Positions 18,474 through 28,241 of a stretch of DNA of 64,000 nt are shown one piece after another. Origin of the DNA: an uncultured delta proteobacterium (lineage in GTDB: Bacteria > Myxococcota_A > Polyangia > Fen-1088); NCBI GenBank assembly GCA_963796685.1, contig CAWCMR010000006.1, positions 32,001-96,000 on the forward strand. The letters run 5' to 3'. The notes beneath the pieces were generated by a model. It was not told the DNA's origin and did no database searches. It worked only from the letters and a program-made list of their open reading frames with translations. The stretch's first letter is position 1, and each line of letters opens with the position of its first letter. The position numbers and the translations under genes are program-made.

Positions 18474-19091
18474 ATGGAAACGAACGACACCACGATCACG
18501 CCCGAAACCCTGGCCACGCTCGCCACGACTGCCGCCGCGGTGGCGCTCGAGCACCAGGAATACACCGAGGCTCGAACCGCAGAGGCCGCAGCCGAGGCCG
18601 CGCTACTCGAGCGAATCGTCGAAACCGTCAAGCCGGCGCTGCGAGCCTTGGCCAGCGCCATCAAGTCGCGCGACTACTCGACGGGCGGGCGCAACGGCTG
18701 CAACCCGGTCCACACCTACGACACCTTCACCGAGCGCGGGGTTTGCTTGGTGGATGGCTACGACCACGACAAGGACGAAACCGGCAACCGTGGCAGCAAC
18801 GGCGGTTCCCGGCTGTACCTTCTCGATGATGGGAGGCTGGCGGAAGTCGCGCGCGAGGGCACGTGGTCATGCTGGCAGGGCGAGGCGGATACCTGGGAGG
18901 CCGAGTTGACCATCGTCACGCCAGCCGAGGCGGTGGCCCGGTACGAGCTCGCCAGCATCGTCGGGACCTTGAACGCCAAGCTGGAAGAGCAGGCCAAGGG
19001 CTCGAAGGCGAAGCGCACCAAAGCTGCCACGGCCCGCGCGGCGAAGCTGGCGGCGGTGGGCGCGCTCGTGGGGGTGGCCAATGGCGCGTAA
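18474..19091 (+). CDS. hypothetical protein (205 aa)
   Basis: GAAAGG RBS, strong codon bias, overlaps the integrase start. Confidence 0.75.
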   Translation: METNDTTITPETLATLATTAAAVALEHQEYTEARTAEAAAEAALLERIVETVKPALRALASAIKSRDYSTGGRNGCNPVHTYDTFTERGVCLVDGYDHDKDETGNRGSNGGSRLYLLDDGRLAEVAREGTWSCWQGEADTWEAELTIVTPAEAVARYELASIVGTLNAKLEEQAKGSKAKRTKAATARAAKLAAVGALVGVANGA

Positions 19092-20325
19092 GGCGAAGCG
19101 GCGGCGGCCCCGTGGGATGGGCACTCTCTGGCAGCGCGGGGACTGGTGGGTAGTCCAGTGGCGGGAAAAGGGGCGCCGCAAGCATGCGAAGTTCCCCGAC
19201 CGCGACACGGCCGAGAAGGTGCTCGCGAAGATCCTCTCGGACGTGGCACTCAACCGCCACGGCATCGAAACCGAGAAGGCGCCCTCGCCACTGCTGAGCG
19301 TGCTCGCCAAGCCTTGGTTGGCAACCCGCAAGTCCACGCATCGCAGTTGGGACGCGGACGCCGGGCGCTGGAAGCTGCACCTTGCCCCGAGGTTCGGCAA
19401 GCGGGAGCCCGACGAGGTAGACCAAGCGGCCATCCGGCTGGCCGTCGAAACCTGGTTGGCCGAGGGGTTGACGCCTTCCACGTGCATGCGGTGCGTGTGC
19501 TTGCTGTCTTCGCTCTACACCGACCTCTGCGAGCGCGGGCTGGCCAAGGCGAACCCGGCGAAGGGGCTACCGCGGGCGACCCGGCGCCTCTTGAAGTCGG
19601 CCCACGACCCGAAGACCACGCCCTTTGTGGAGAAGCTGGCGGACGTCCAGCGCATCTATCGCGCCTTGCCCGAACCTGTGAACACCGCCTATGCCGTCGG
19701 CGCCATGGCCGGCTTGCGGGTGGGGGAGCTTCTGGCCCTTCGGTGGGTGAACGTAGACCTCGAGCACCGGCGGCTTGTCGTGTCGGAGCAAGTCCAGGAC
19801 GGCAAGGTGTTCCGCCCGAAGGATCTGGACTCCCGCGTGGTCCCCATCCTGGACAGCCTCTTGCCGGTCCTGCAAGCCGCGAAGCTGGCAAGCGGTGGCG
19901 TCGGGCTGGTAGTGCCGCCCATGCGCAGCAACAAGACCCGCAAGCACCTTGGTCCCCACACGCTGGGGAAGTTCCTTCGGGAGGCCCTGGCCGAGCTAAA
20001 CAAGGATGGGGAGGCACTGCCGGCCGTGAACTGGTACCAGGCGACGCGCCACACCTTCGCCTCGCAGTGGGTCATGGCGGGCGGCAGCATCGAGAAGCTA
20101 CGCGAGGCGATGGGGCATTCCACGGTCCTGGTTACCGAGCGGTACGCGCATCTTCGAGGCGACGTGTTCAACGCGGTAGACCTGGGACGCATGGCGGTCG
20201 ACTTCTCGGCGCCCGCAGGCAAGGTGCTACCCCTGGTGCAGCCTGGTGCCGTAAGCCACCCACTGGCAACAGAGGCAGAATCGACCGAGGCGGAAGGGGT
20301 GGCGGAAGTGAGTGCAACCCTGTGA
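19081..20325 (+). CDS. int: tyrosine recombinase/integrase
   Basis: Arm-like N-terminus, GLRVGEL, RPKD, TRHTFAS, MGHS...TERYAH; ends at the att site. Confidence 0.95.
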   Translation: MARKAKRRRPRGMGTLWQRGDWWVVQWREKGRRKHAKFPDRDTAEKVLAKILSDVALNRHGIETEKAPSPLLSVLAKPWLATRKSTHRSWDADAGRWKLHLAPRFGKREPDEVDQAAIRLAVETWLAEGLTPSTCMRCVCLLSSLYTDLCERGLAKANPAKGLPRATRRLLKSAHDPKTTPFVEKLADVQRIYRALPEPVNTAYAVGAMAGLRVGELLALRWVNVDLEHRRLVVSEQVQDGKVFRPKDLDSRVVPILDSLLPVLQAAKLASGGVGLVVPPMRSNKTRKHLGPHTLGKFLREALAELNKDGEALPAVNWYQATRHTFASQWVMAGGSIEKLREAMGHSTVLVTERYAHLRGDVFNAVDLGRMAVDFSAPAGKVLPLVQPGAVSHPLATEAESTEAEGVAEVSATL

Positions 20326-20391
20326 AATCGTTTCAGTACCGGGGGAGGGACTCGAACCCTCAAGTCCGTAAGGACGGTGGATTTTGAATCC
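20324..20391. repeat. att site (right), overlapping the tRNA-Leu 3' half
   Basis: Direct repeat of 6022-6089. Confidence 0.95.
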
Positions 20392-20419
20392 ACTGCGTTT
20401 GCCATTCCGCCACTCCGGC
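20337..20419 (-). tRNA. tRNA-Leu (CAA)
   Basis: GCCGGAG...GTGGA-TT-CAA-AA-TCCAC anticodon arm, long variable arm, GAGGG-TTCGAGT-CCCTC T arm; CCA not encoded. Confidence 0.95.
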
Positions 20420-20566
20420 ATCTTCAGTTTTCGACAGGTTAGGATGTCATCGCGTTTTGTGATGCGGGGAGTGACACCATAGCGCCACCAAGTGCCCCCG
20501 ATTTCCTACGCGCGAGGGGGAATCTTCCCCATCGGCGTCGAGAAGTCAACCATGACGCGGCTATGG

Positions 20567-21331
20567 CTATGGCGCACAGACTTTGAGGACCGAGAGGTAC
20601 CAGGGCGCAGGATTGCGGCAGCCGCCGCACTGAAGCGCCACCAGCCAGGTGCCGGTGTCGTCGATTCCTTGGAAAGACTCACCCTTATCCGTCTTCAGGG
20701 ACGAGAAGTTGACGGTGTTTCCCGTGGCGATGTCACCCTGATAGAGCTTGGTGGGAATCAGTTCGAGATCGAGGAACTGGGTCTCGAGCTCGGTGGGAGT
20801 CTGCGTATATTGGCCGACAAGGGCCTTCGTGATGTTGGAAAGGACGAAGTCGTTGCCAAGCGCGTTCTTGGTCATCTGGCTCCAATTGAGCGTGATGCCC
20901 GCCTGCCCCGCGGGGATCATGGTCGGCGTCAGGCTGTGGAGATCCGCGGTGTAGGTGAGCTGGGTGGAATTCGACGTCATCGTGACGGTCGTGTTCGTGG
21001 AAGAGGGGTCGATCTGGAAGGATTGGATCATCTTGGTCCCCTCGCCGAGCGTCGAGCCCGTGGCCGCCATGAGGGTGTAGGTGTACTTGCTGGGGTCGTA
21101 CTGGGTCGAGTCCAGGAACGAGAGAATGGTGGCGGCGTTGGGAGCGCCGCTGTTCGTGAATGCCAGAAGGTTCGCCGACGTGGCGTTGCCGTCGGTGGTG
21201 TACTGCAGGGGCAGGGTGACGAGATCGCGTTGCTGAAGGGAGTCGGCGTTCAGCTTGGTCTGGAGGTCGGAAAGTGTGAGCTTCCACATGAGAACCAGGA
21301 TGGTGAGAGGCAAGAACCCACAACGGAGAGC
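20567..21331 (-). CDS. Thr-rich myxobacterial hypothetical protein (5' end uncertain, possibly truncated)
   Basis: Strong codon bias; C-terminal WLVALQCGGCRNPAPWYL; no clear start or signal peptide. Confidence 0.65.
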   Translation of the reverse strand, partial: ALRCGFLPLTILVLMWKLTLSDLQTKLNADSLQQRDLVTLPLQYTTDGNATSANLLAFTNSGAPNAATILSFLDSTQYDPSKYTYTLMAATGSTLGEGTKMIQSFQIDPSSTNTTVTMTSNSTQLTYTADLHSLTPTMIPAGQAGITLNWSQMTKNALGNDFVLSNITKALVGQYTQTPTELETQFLDLELIPTKLYQGDIATGNTVNFSSLKTDKGESFQGIDDTGTWLVALQCGGCRNPAPWYLSVLKVCAP

Positions 21332-21394
21332 TTGGCAACCATGACGACCATGGTCACCCCAATTGGCCTTCCTTGCAACTCGGGCGACACTACG

Positions 21395-21582
21395 TAATCC
21401 CGCGACAGGAAGAGCGACAGCGCGGAAGGTACCAGAAAGAGACACCTGTCCACGATGGATGCACGCAATCCATCGAGCGATGACGGGTGGTCGTGGACGT
21501 AGATGGCTTACCGTGGCCGTGGCCGGAGTGATCTCTCTTCGGCCAGGGCCACGGGGACGGCCACGTTTACGACTACGACCAC
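21395..21582. repeat. MITE/REP-like intergenic repeat, copy A
   Basis: AATCCCGCGA end and GTGGCC/GGCCAC hexamer arms; similar to the reverse complement of 35451-35671. Confidence 0.7.
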
Positions 21583-21620
21583 GTGGAAAGCTTCGCCCTT
21601 CAGGGCCCGCTGCGCTTTTG

Positions 21621-22736
21621 CTAGCGAATCAGCGGAACGCAGGGCGCGCCCACCCGGCTGGTCAGCTCGAGCAGGCGGTAGACCAGATTCTCGTAGGCCT
21701 TGTGCAGCTCGCTGTCGGAGGTGACGGAAACGAAGAGTCGGCCGCCGGCCGTGGTGCCGTGTCCCCCCGAGGTGCCGTCCGTGCCGATGAGCTGTCGCAT
21801 GAGCGCGCCCGCCCGCCTTTGGCTGGGCTCGGTGCGCATGGACACGTAGACCTGTTTGCCGAACCGGCCGCAGCAAAGCACGAACTGCGCTCCCTCGTAG
21901 TCGAGCAACAGATCGGCGACTTCGGCCACCAGATCGGGGTAGGCGATGGCGCCGAGGTTCACGGTGATGATGTCGCCCCACACCTGGGCCATGCGTAGGG
22001 CGCGGTCGAGAGCCTCGTAGTATTGGCTCGGCAACTTGGGTTGCTGGATGCGGAACATGAGGTGGTGGTCCACCATCGGGATGAGAAAGAGGTAGGCGTC
22101 GCGCTCGGCCGCCGTGGCCTCGCGCCCGAGGTCGCGGGTCTCCGAGCGAATCGCGTAGAAGAGGGCCGTGGCCAGACTGGTGTGCAGCGGGATGTTCAGC
22201 TCGCGCAGGTACTGCAAGACGATGGTCGAGGTGGCCCCGAGCTGCGGGCGAATGTCGCACCACCTTGCCTGCGCGCTGTCCTCGCGCGCGGGATGGTGAT
22301 CGACGACGATGTCGACCTTGCGCTCCGTGGGCAGCGAGTTGTTGCCGGTGCCCGGCTGGCTGTCGACGATGGCGATGGTGTCGAAGTGGTCGGTGTTGAG
22401 GACCTCGGCCGGAATCAACGGGACTCTCAGCTTCTCTACCATGGCGCGATTTTCGGCGCGGCCCACGATCCCGCCCAGCGCAAGCGTCGCGCTCAGGTCG
22501 GTGGTGCATTCGACCAGGTGTTTGAGGCCCATGGCCGCGGCCATGGCATCGGGATCGGGGTTGTCGTGCATGTAGATGAGCAGGTTGCGCCGCCCCTGCA
22601 GCTCCTCGATGCCCTTGCTCACGTTGAAGTCGGCGATGCCGAAATCGGACTGGGCTCCGGTACGCGGCTCGGGCGTGAACAGACCGCTGTTGGAAGAAGG
22701 AAACTCTTCGGAGGGCAGTTTCTCTTTTCCAATCAT
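21621..22736 (-). CDS. DHH-family phosphoesterase
   Basis: HDNPDPDA, VDSQ, VDHH, SGGHGTTAGG. Confidence 0.9.
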   Translation of the reverse strand: MIGKEKLPSEEFPSSNSGLFTPEPRTGAQSDFGIADFNVSKGIEELQGRRNLLIYMHDNPDPDAMAAAMGLKHLVECTTDLSATLALGGIVGRAENRAMVEKLRVPLIPAEVLNTDHFDTIAIVDSQPGTGNNSLPTERKVDIVVDHHPAREDSAQARWCDIRPQLGATSTIVLQYLRELNIPLHTSLATALFYAIRSETRDLGREATAAERDAYLFLIPMVDHHLMFRIQQPKLPSQYYEALDRALRMAQVWGDIITVNLGAIAYPDLVAEVADLLLDYEGAQFVLCCGRFGKQVYVSMRTEPSQRRAGALMRQLIGTDGTSGGHGTTAGGRLFVSVTSDSELHKAYENLVYRLLELTSRVGAPCVPLIR

Positions 22737-22738
22737 GG

Positions 22739-23389
22739 CTAGTGCAAAGGCCGGATGGTCAGGTTGTCGAAACTGACGTCGGCCTCCCAGTCGTTGATGG
22801 CGAAGAACTCGTGCCCCGCTCCGGCGAGCGGCTCGGGATCGTTCCACGAGAGATAGGGCACGCCATCCAGCTTCCAGTCGATGAGCCCGTCCCGCCGGGT
22901 GACGGTGAAATGGTAGGTGCGGCCAAGGGTCACGAGGGGCGGGCCGCCTTGGCGGTCGCGTGCGGCTTTCACGGCTTCGTCGTGCTCGCCCAGGCGGCCG
23001 ATGATGCTTCGGCTGTTGTTCCAGCCGCCGAAGACGATCATGTAGCTGGTCGGATCGTAGCGGCCCTTGTCGGGATCGAAGGATTCGCCGTCGCCGAAGA
23101 GCTCGACCTTGATGTCACCCGCGGGGCTTCGCGAAACCGCATCGAAATCGATCTGCACGTTGCGCGGCAACTTGCGTCGCAGCCAGATGGGGTGGTTGTA
23201 GGCGCGCGCGAGGTCGAGCTTGCCGTCCTTGATGCTCGCGCCATGGCTGGTGTCGAGCCAGTCGGCTCCGAGGTCTACGCGTTCGAACTTGTCGGTGAAC
23301 GGAGCCTCGATGGTCGGGACGCGCGGCTTGCACGAGGCACCGGCAGCCAGCGCGGCTGCGGTGACGACCATGGCGAGGGTTCTTTTCAC
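22739..23389 (-). CDS. lipoprotein, ConA/lectin-like beta-sandwich
   Basis: Signal peptide ending AGASC; VSFDNLTI terminus. Confidence 0.7.
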   Translation of the reverse strand: MKRTLAMVVTAAALAAGASCKPRVPTIEAPFTDKFERVDLGADWLDTSHGASIKDGKLDLARAYNHPIWLRRKLPRNVQIDFDAVSRSPAGDIKVELFGDGESFDPDKGRYDPTSYMIVFGGWNNSRSIIGRLGEHDEAVKAARDRQGGPPLVTLGRTYHFTVTRRDGLIDWKLDGVPYLSWNDPEPLAGAGHEFFAINDWEADVSFDNLTIRPLH

Positions 23390-23501
23390 GACGACTACCG
23401 GCGAAGGCTATCGGCAGAATCCCTCAACCGCAAGGCCGCGCAGGGGGTCGTCGGAGGAAAAGCGGGCCCGCACCTTCGTGGTGCAACCAGCCAAGGACGA
23501 G

Positions 23502-24419
23502 CTATCCCCCTGATCGTCCGGCCATTTTCTCGAAAAGCAGGCCCCAGCGGATGCCGCGGTCGCTGACCAGGATCTCGGTGGCCTGTGCCGACAGCGCGAT
23601 CTGTCGAAGGATGCAGGCACCGGCCAGGATGACGTCGGCACGCTTCGGATCGAGACCGGCCATGGTTTCGCGCTCGGCTTGCGTGGAGGTGCGCAGGCGA
23701 TCGATTTGTTGCTCCAGGGCGGCCAAGGTGAGGCGATGGCCATGGACGCGGGCCGGGTCGTAGCTGGCCAGCGCGAGCGCCATGGCGGCCAGGGTCGTGA
23801 CCGTGCCCGCGGTTCCGATCAGGGTGGGGCGAGTCGGGAAGGGGACGGTCGCCAAATGCTGGGCGATTTCGCCGGTGGCCGCCGCAACCTCGGCCGCCGT
23901 CGCGGGGTCGTTGCGTACATGCTTTTCGGTCAGCCGGACCGATCCCAGGGGCAGGCTGCGCCGGAATTCCACGCATCCGGCTCGGGCCACGATGATTTCG
24001 GTCGAACCGCCGCCGATGTCGACGACCACCACCGTGCCCTGGGTCTCGTCCGGGAACGAGCGCTGGGCGGCGAGGAAGGACAGTGCGGCCTCGCGCTCGC
24101 CGTCGATGACCTCGACGGGGACGCCGAGGAGGCGCGCCGCGGGCTCGAGGAAGTCGCGCGCGTTGGTCGCACGGCGCAGCCCCTCGGTGCCGATGGCGTG
24201 GATGCTCGCCCCGTGCTTGCGCGCGATGGCGGCGTAATCGGTCAGCACGGCCAACGTGCGCTCGATACCCGGCCGGCCGAGGCCACCGTCCGCGCCGATG
24301 CCGCGGCCAAGGCGGGTGATCTCCGCGCGCTCGTCCAGCACGCGCAGCTCGCCGTCCCGGGCCTCGGCCACGAGGAGCAGCGTCGTGTTGGTGCCGATAT
24401 CGATGCTGGCCAGGCGCAT
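23502..24419 (-). CDS. ppx: Ppx/GppA exopolyphosphatase
   Basis: IDIGTNT, DGEREA, DIGGGSTE, LPLGSVRL, RADVI. Confidence 0.9.
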   Translation of the reverse strand: MRLASIDIGTNTTLLLVAEARDGELRVLDERAEITRLGRGIGADGGLGRPGIERTLAVLTDYAAIARKHGASIHAIGTEGLRRATNARDFLEPAARLLGVPVEVIDGEREAALSFLAAQRSFPDETQGTVVVVDIGGGSTEIIVARAGCVEFRRSLPLGSVRLTEKHVRNDPATAAEVAAATGEIAQHLATVPFPTRPTLIGTAGTVTTLAAMALALASYDPARVHGHRLTLAALEQQIDRLRTSTQAERETMAGLDPKRADVILAGACILRQIALSAQATEILVSDRGIRWGLLFEKMAGRSGG

Positions 24420-24421
24420 GG

Positions 24422-25723
24422 CTACTTGAAGTCGGCGGGCGGTGGCCCCCACGACGGGTTCTTGGCGCCACCCTTGTAGATCTGGAACTCGCGATGGGTC
24501 TGCAGGTTCATCACGAATAGGCCGCCGCGGCTGGAGGAATAAACCAGCAGCCGGCAATCGGGCGACCAGGATGGGTCCGAGTTGGAGCCTTGCCCCTGGG
24601 TCACGCGGTCGATCTTTCCCGTGCGCATGTCGTAGGTGAAGATGTCGAAGACGTAGCGCTCGTCGCGGCCCGTGAAGGCGATGACGGGGGTCTCCTTGCG
24701 CGGGCAGAAGCGAGGCGTCTGGTTGTAGTTACCCTGGAAGGTCAGGCGGCGTGCTCCTCCGCCGGACGCCCCCATGACGAAGATCTGCGGCGTGCCTTGG
24801 CGGTCGGAGACGAAGGCGATCTGGCCGCCCGGGGAGACGGACGCCGAGGTGTCGATGCTGGGCGAGGTCGTCAGGCGCGCGATGATCTTGCCGTCGGCAG
24901 CGGAGATCTTGTACAGCTCGGCGTTGCCATCGATGGACAGCGTCACGATGAGGGTGTTGTTGTTCAGCCAGGCCGGACCCGTGTTGAGCCCGGGCCGGTC
25001 GGAAATGTGGCGGGCTCGGCCGCCGCTGGCCGAAACCAGCCAAAGATCGGCGCCCCCGCGCAGAAACGAGTTGAATGCGATCTCGGTGCCCGACGGCGAG
25101 AGCGCGGGCAAGAGGCACTGCGATCGCATCTGCGTGACGACCTTCATCTCCTGGCCGTCCATGCCGATGGTCGCGATTTCCGGCCTCTTGCCGGTCATGG
25201 CGAAGGCGATGCGCGAGCCGAACACGCCGCGCATGCCGGTGAACTGCTGGATCACGTCGTTGGCCCACATGTGAACCAGCGGACGCAGCTCGGCGCCGCG
25301 ATAGCTCTTGGTCAGCACCGGGGCGTCGCCGTGGCCGACTTGGTACAGGCGCCCCTCGACCACCAGGCCGCCACCCTCGTGCGCCGCACGCAGCTTGGCC
25401 ACGCCCTGCGCGCCCACCTGCGACCACAGGTCGGACGAGAATGCCAACCCCTCTTTCACCAGCGAATCGGGGAACGATGCCGGATCGAGAACGCGGAAAA
25501 GGCCGATGAGGTCGAGATCGCGACGCTCGGTCTCCGCCGCCTGGCCCACCAGATCGCCGTCGCCCACGGCGTTGGGCAGGCCGAGACGAAAGAGATCGCG
25601 GTTGGGATCGGTGATGGTGATCTGGGGCAGGTCGTCCTCCACAGCCTGATCGGCGGCGCGCGCGAAGCCTGGGACAGCGACGATCGCTAGCAGGATACCG
25701 GTGGCGAGCGGAAACGTCTTCAT
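24422..25723 (-). CDS. tolB: TolB beta-propeller protein
   Basis: GVFGSRIAF, PD40 repeats (IAFVSDRQGTPQIF); tol operon context. Confidence 0.88.
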   Translation of the reverse strand: MKTFPLATGILLAIVAVPGFARAADQAVEDDLPQITITDPNRDLFRLGLPNAVGDGDLVGQAAETERRDLDLIGLFRVLDPASFPDSLVKEGLAFSSDLWSQVGAQGVAKLRAAHEGGGLVVEGRLYQVGHGDAPVLTKSYRGAELRPLVHMWANDVIQQFTGMRGVFGSRIAFAMTGKRPEIATIGMDGQEMKVVTQMRSQCLLPALSPSGTEIAFNSFLRGGADLWLVSASGGRARHISDRPGLNTGPAWLNNNTLIVTLSIDGNAELYKISAADGKIIARLTTSPSIDTSASVSPGGQIAFVSDRQGTPQIFVMGASGGGARRLTFQGNYNQTPRFCPRKETPVIAFTGRDERYVFDIFTYDMRTGKIDRVTQGQGSNSDPSWSPDCRLLVYSSSRGGLFVMNLQTHREFQIYKGGAKNPSWGPPPADFK

Positions 25724-25767
25724 GCGGGTCCTTTTCTTCGGCTGGTTCGGCTGGCGCATGCCCTTGT

Positions 25768-26496
25768 CTATCGCGCCAGCTCTTTGCCTGCAAACTTGAG
25801 ATTGAAGCCGCGCTTGAAGGAGGGCGGCGGTGGCGGCACCTTGCCCGTGGCCTTCACGGCCTGGACACAGGAGTCGTCGAAGTACTCGTTGCCCGAGGAT
25901 TGCTTGACGACCGGGTTCTGCATGGTGCCGTCGGCGCTGATGGCGATACGCATGACCGTGACCAACGTGGCCAGCTCCGAGTCGGTGACCAGGCCGGTGG
26001 GCGTCACCCAATTTCTGCGGATGGCGTTGTAGACCGCGGTGGCGTACTCGTCGCCCACCGTTCCGTGCGTGGACGTCCCCTCGGTCGAGCCGGTGAGCGA
26101 CCCTTCCGCGGGCTCTTCGGTGGCCTGGGCCAACATCTGGGCGCGTTTGAGTGCGCGGCGCATGTCCTTCGAGAGGTCGGCATCGTCGATCTTGGGCGCC
26201 TCTTTCGGGGCTGGCGCGGCGTTGGGATCGTCCGTGAGATTCAGTTTTGGCGCGGGCGCCTTGGGCCGGGGCGGTTGCACGATGCGCGGCAGCCAGAACT
26301 TGTCGCGCGGCTTGCCCAGGGCCACCAGCTGCGTGACGATCATGTCGCGCGGGGTTTCGATGGGCGGCGGGGATTTCACGTGCGCGAAGTAGATGAGCGC
26401 AATCAAGCTGGCGTGAATGAGCAAGGTCGCGGCGATGCCGCCGAACGAGCTGCCTCGGCCAAGGGGCCGGATGCGGTTTTGAATCGCGACGCTCAT
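25768..26496 (-). CDS. TolA/TonB C-terminal domain protein
   Basis: N-terminal TM with His, Pro-rich linker, SSGNEYFDDS. Confidence 0.8.
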   Translation of the reverse strand: MSVAIQNRIRPLGRGSSFGGIAATLLIHASLIALIYFAHVKSPPPIETPRDMIVTQLVALGKPRDKFWLPRIVQPPRPKAPAPKLNLTDDPNAAPAPKEAPKIDDADLSKDMRRALKRAQMLAQATEEPAEGSLTGSTEGTSTHGTVGDEYATAVYNAIRRNWVTPTGLVTDSELATLVTVMRIAISADGTMQNPVVKQSSGNEYFDDSCVQAVKATGKVPPPPPSFKRGFNLKFAGKELAR

Positions 26497-26910
26497 CTAT
26501 TCCAATGGATCCGTGATCAGTCCCATCTTATCGCCCCCCGCCAGCTTGATGGCGGCCATGACCTTGACCACGTCGCCGTACGACAGGGCGGTGTCGGCGT
26601 GCAGGTAGGCCTCGTGGTCGGCCTGCAGCTTGGCGTTGGCCTTGAGCTTGGTCTCTACCTCGGCGACCGGGATCTCCATGCGACCGATGAAGACGCGGTG
26701 GTCCTTGGTCATGGTGATGATGAGCTTGCCGCTCTCGTCGGGCACGGTCTGGGCCTTGGCATTGGGCAGGGTGACGTCCACGCCGGTCTGCATGATGGGT
26801 GCCGTGACCATGAAGACGATGAGCAAGACCAGCATCACATCGACCAGCGGCGTGACGTTGATTTCGGACAGCGTCCCGGTTTCCTTGCCCCCGCCCGCCG
26901 ACATGGCCAT
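26497..26910 (-). CDS. tolR: TolR/ExbD
   Basis: EINVTPLVDVMLVLLIVFMVTAP. Confidence 0.9.
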   Translation of the reverse strand: MAMSAGGGKETGTLSEINVTPLVDVMLVLLIVFMVTAPIMQTGVDVTLPNAKAQTVPDESGKLIITMTKDHRVFIGRMEIPVAEVETKLKANAKLQADHEAYLHADTALSYGDVVKVMAAIKLAGGDKMGLITDPLE

Positions 26911-26912
26911 GG

Positions 26913-27632
26913 CTAGAAGAACCTCCTCCGGATGATGTTGAGGAAGTCGTTGGTGAAGGTTTCCATCTCGGCCGAGATCACGCGAATCCTCCGTGACAGG
27001 TAATTGTAGCCCATGACCGCCGGGATGGCGGCCACGAGGCCGATGGCGGTCGCTACCAAGGCTTCGGCGATGCCCGGCGCCACGGTGGCCAGGTTGGCCG
27101 CGCCCTTGGCGCCGATGTTGCGGAACGAGTTCATGATGCCCCACACGGTGCCGAACAGGCCGATGAAGGGCGCGGCGCTGGCCGTGGTGGCCAGGAAGGG
27201 GACCTTGTTCTCCATCTCGGTGATGGCCATGGTGCGGGCGCGCGACAGGGCGCGCTCCAGGCTCTCGATGTCGCCCAGGCCACCCTCGTCGGGCTTGGCT
27301 CCCACTTGCGGCTGGGCGTGCCGCTTGCGCAGCTTGATGAGCTCGAGGTACCCGGCACGGAAGACCTCGCTCACCGGCGAGGGCGGCGCCTCCTGCGCCT
27401 CCTTCCACATCTCGTCCAGGCTGCTGTCCCAGAATTTTTCGACGAAGCGCAGCGAGCGCCGGTACGCGCGAGACAGATACATCCATTTGCCGCCGATGAC
27501 ATACCAGGAAATCATGGACATCAGCGCCAGGAGGCCCAGGACGGCCTTGGGAACCGCGCCGGCGTGGGCGATGAGTGAGATGATATCCAGCCTGTCTCCC
27601 GCGCCGCCGGCTTGCAAAAGGACATGAATCAT
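26913..27632 (-). CDS. tolQ: TolQ/ExbB
   Basis: PFIGLFGTVWGIM, VAPGIAEALVATAIGL. Confidence 0.92.
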   Translation of the reverse strand: MIHVLLQAGGAGDRLDIISLIAHAGAVPKAVLGLLALMSMISWYVIGGKWMYLSRAYRRSLRFVEKFWDSSLDEMWKEAQEAPPSPVSEVFRAGYLELIKLRKRHAQPQVGAKPDEGGLGDIESLERALSRARTMAITEMENKVPFLATTASAAPFIGLFGTVWGIMNSFRNIGAKGAANLATVAPGIAEALVATAIGLVAAIPAVMGYNYLSRRIRVISAEMETFTNDFLNIIRRRFF

Positions 27633-27706
27633 CGAGGGCTCCTTGTTCTTCAACCCGGATTCGGCTGACTGCCTTCCCGGGAATGCTGCTAATCTAACCT
27701 CGATTT

Positions 27707-28183
27707 ATGGATCGAATCACACTCATCGCGCTTCTTTTTTCGGCCATGGGCTGCGTTTCCATCGACGGTGGCGCGGTAGAGGCGAGCTGGGTGGTGGCGA
27801 CCCACGACGGTCGGGGTATCGCCGACTGCGGCTGCACGTGCCCGCCCATCGCCAAAGTCAGGCTGCAGCTCATCCCCGTGGCCGGAGGCGGCGACCCCTG
27901 CGCCGGCCGCGCCGCGTGCCAGTTTTCGTGCAACCTGCAAAGCGGTGCCACGCGCTTCGACATCCCGCCGGGGACCTACAGCGTTTCGCTGGTGCCGGTG
28001 GGCCCGGACGGCAACGACATCTCGAGCGGCGAGGTCGGGACTTGCAGCGCCGGGCCGGGCGTCGACCCGGTGGTGCGCGAGGTGATCCGGGGACGGGTCA
28101 CCCAGCTGCCAGCCTTGGTGGTTCTCGCCGACTGCGCGGCCGACTGCGGCGGCTCGGACAGCTCCAAGGTGTGCACGAAATAG
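27707..28183 (+). CDS. Cys-rich lipoprotein
   Basis: Lipobox-like AMGC. Confidence 0.7.
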   Translation: MDRITLIALLFSAMGCVSIDGGAVEASWVVATHDGRGIADCGCTCPPIAKVRLQLIPVAGGGDPCAGRAACQFSCNLQSGATRFDIPPGTYSVSLVPVGPDGNDISSGEVGTCSAGPGVDPVVREVIRGRVTQLPALVVLADCAADCGGSDSSKVCTK

Positions 28184-28241
28184 ACCGCCTTTTCGAGGTG
28201 CCGCCTTCACGCGCGGCCGTTTGATGCTAGCCTGGAAGGGC

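Larger units (their letters stand above)
6022..20391. mobile_element. integrative phage-satellite-like element in tRNA-Leu(CAA)
   Basis: att direct repeats, tyrosine integrase, excisionase-like HTH, primase-helicase, TerS-like gene; no capsid or large terminase recognised. Confidence 0.88.

Noticed and set aside
23502-27632. tol operon without pal, followed by ppx
   Set aside because: Operon rearrangement is common and pal may lie elsewhere in the genome.
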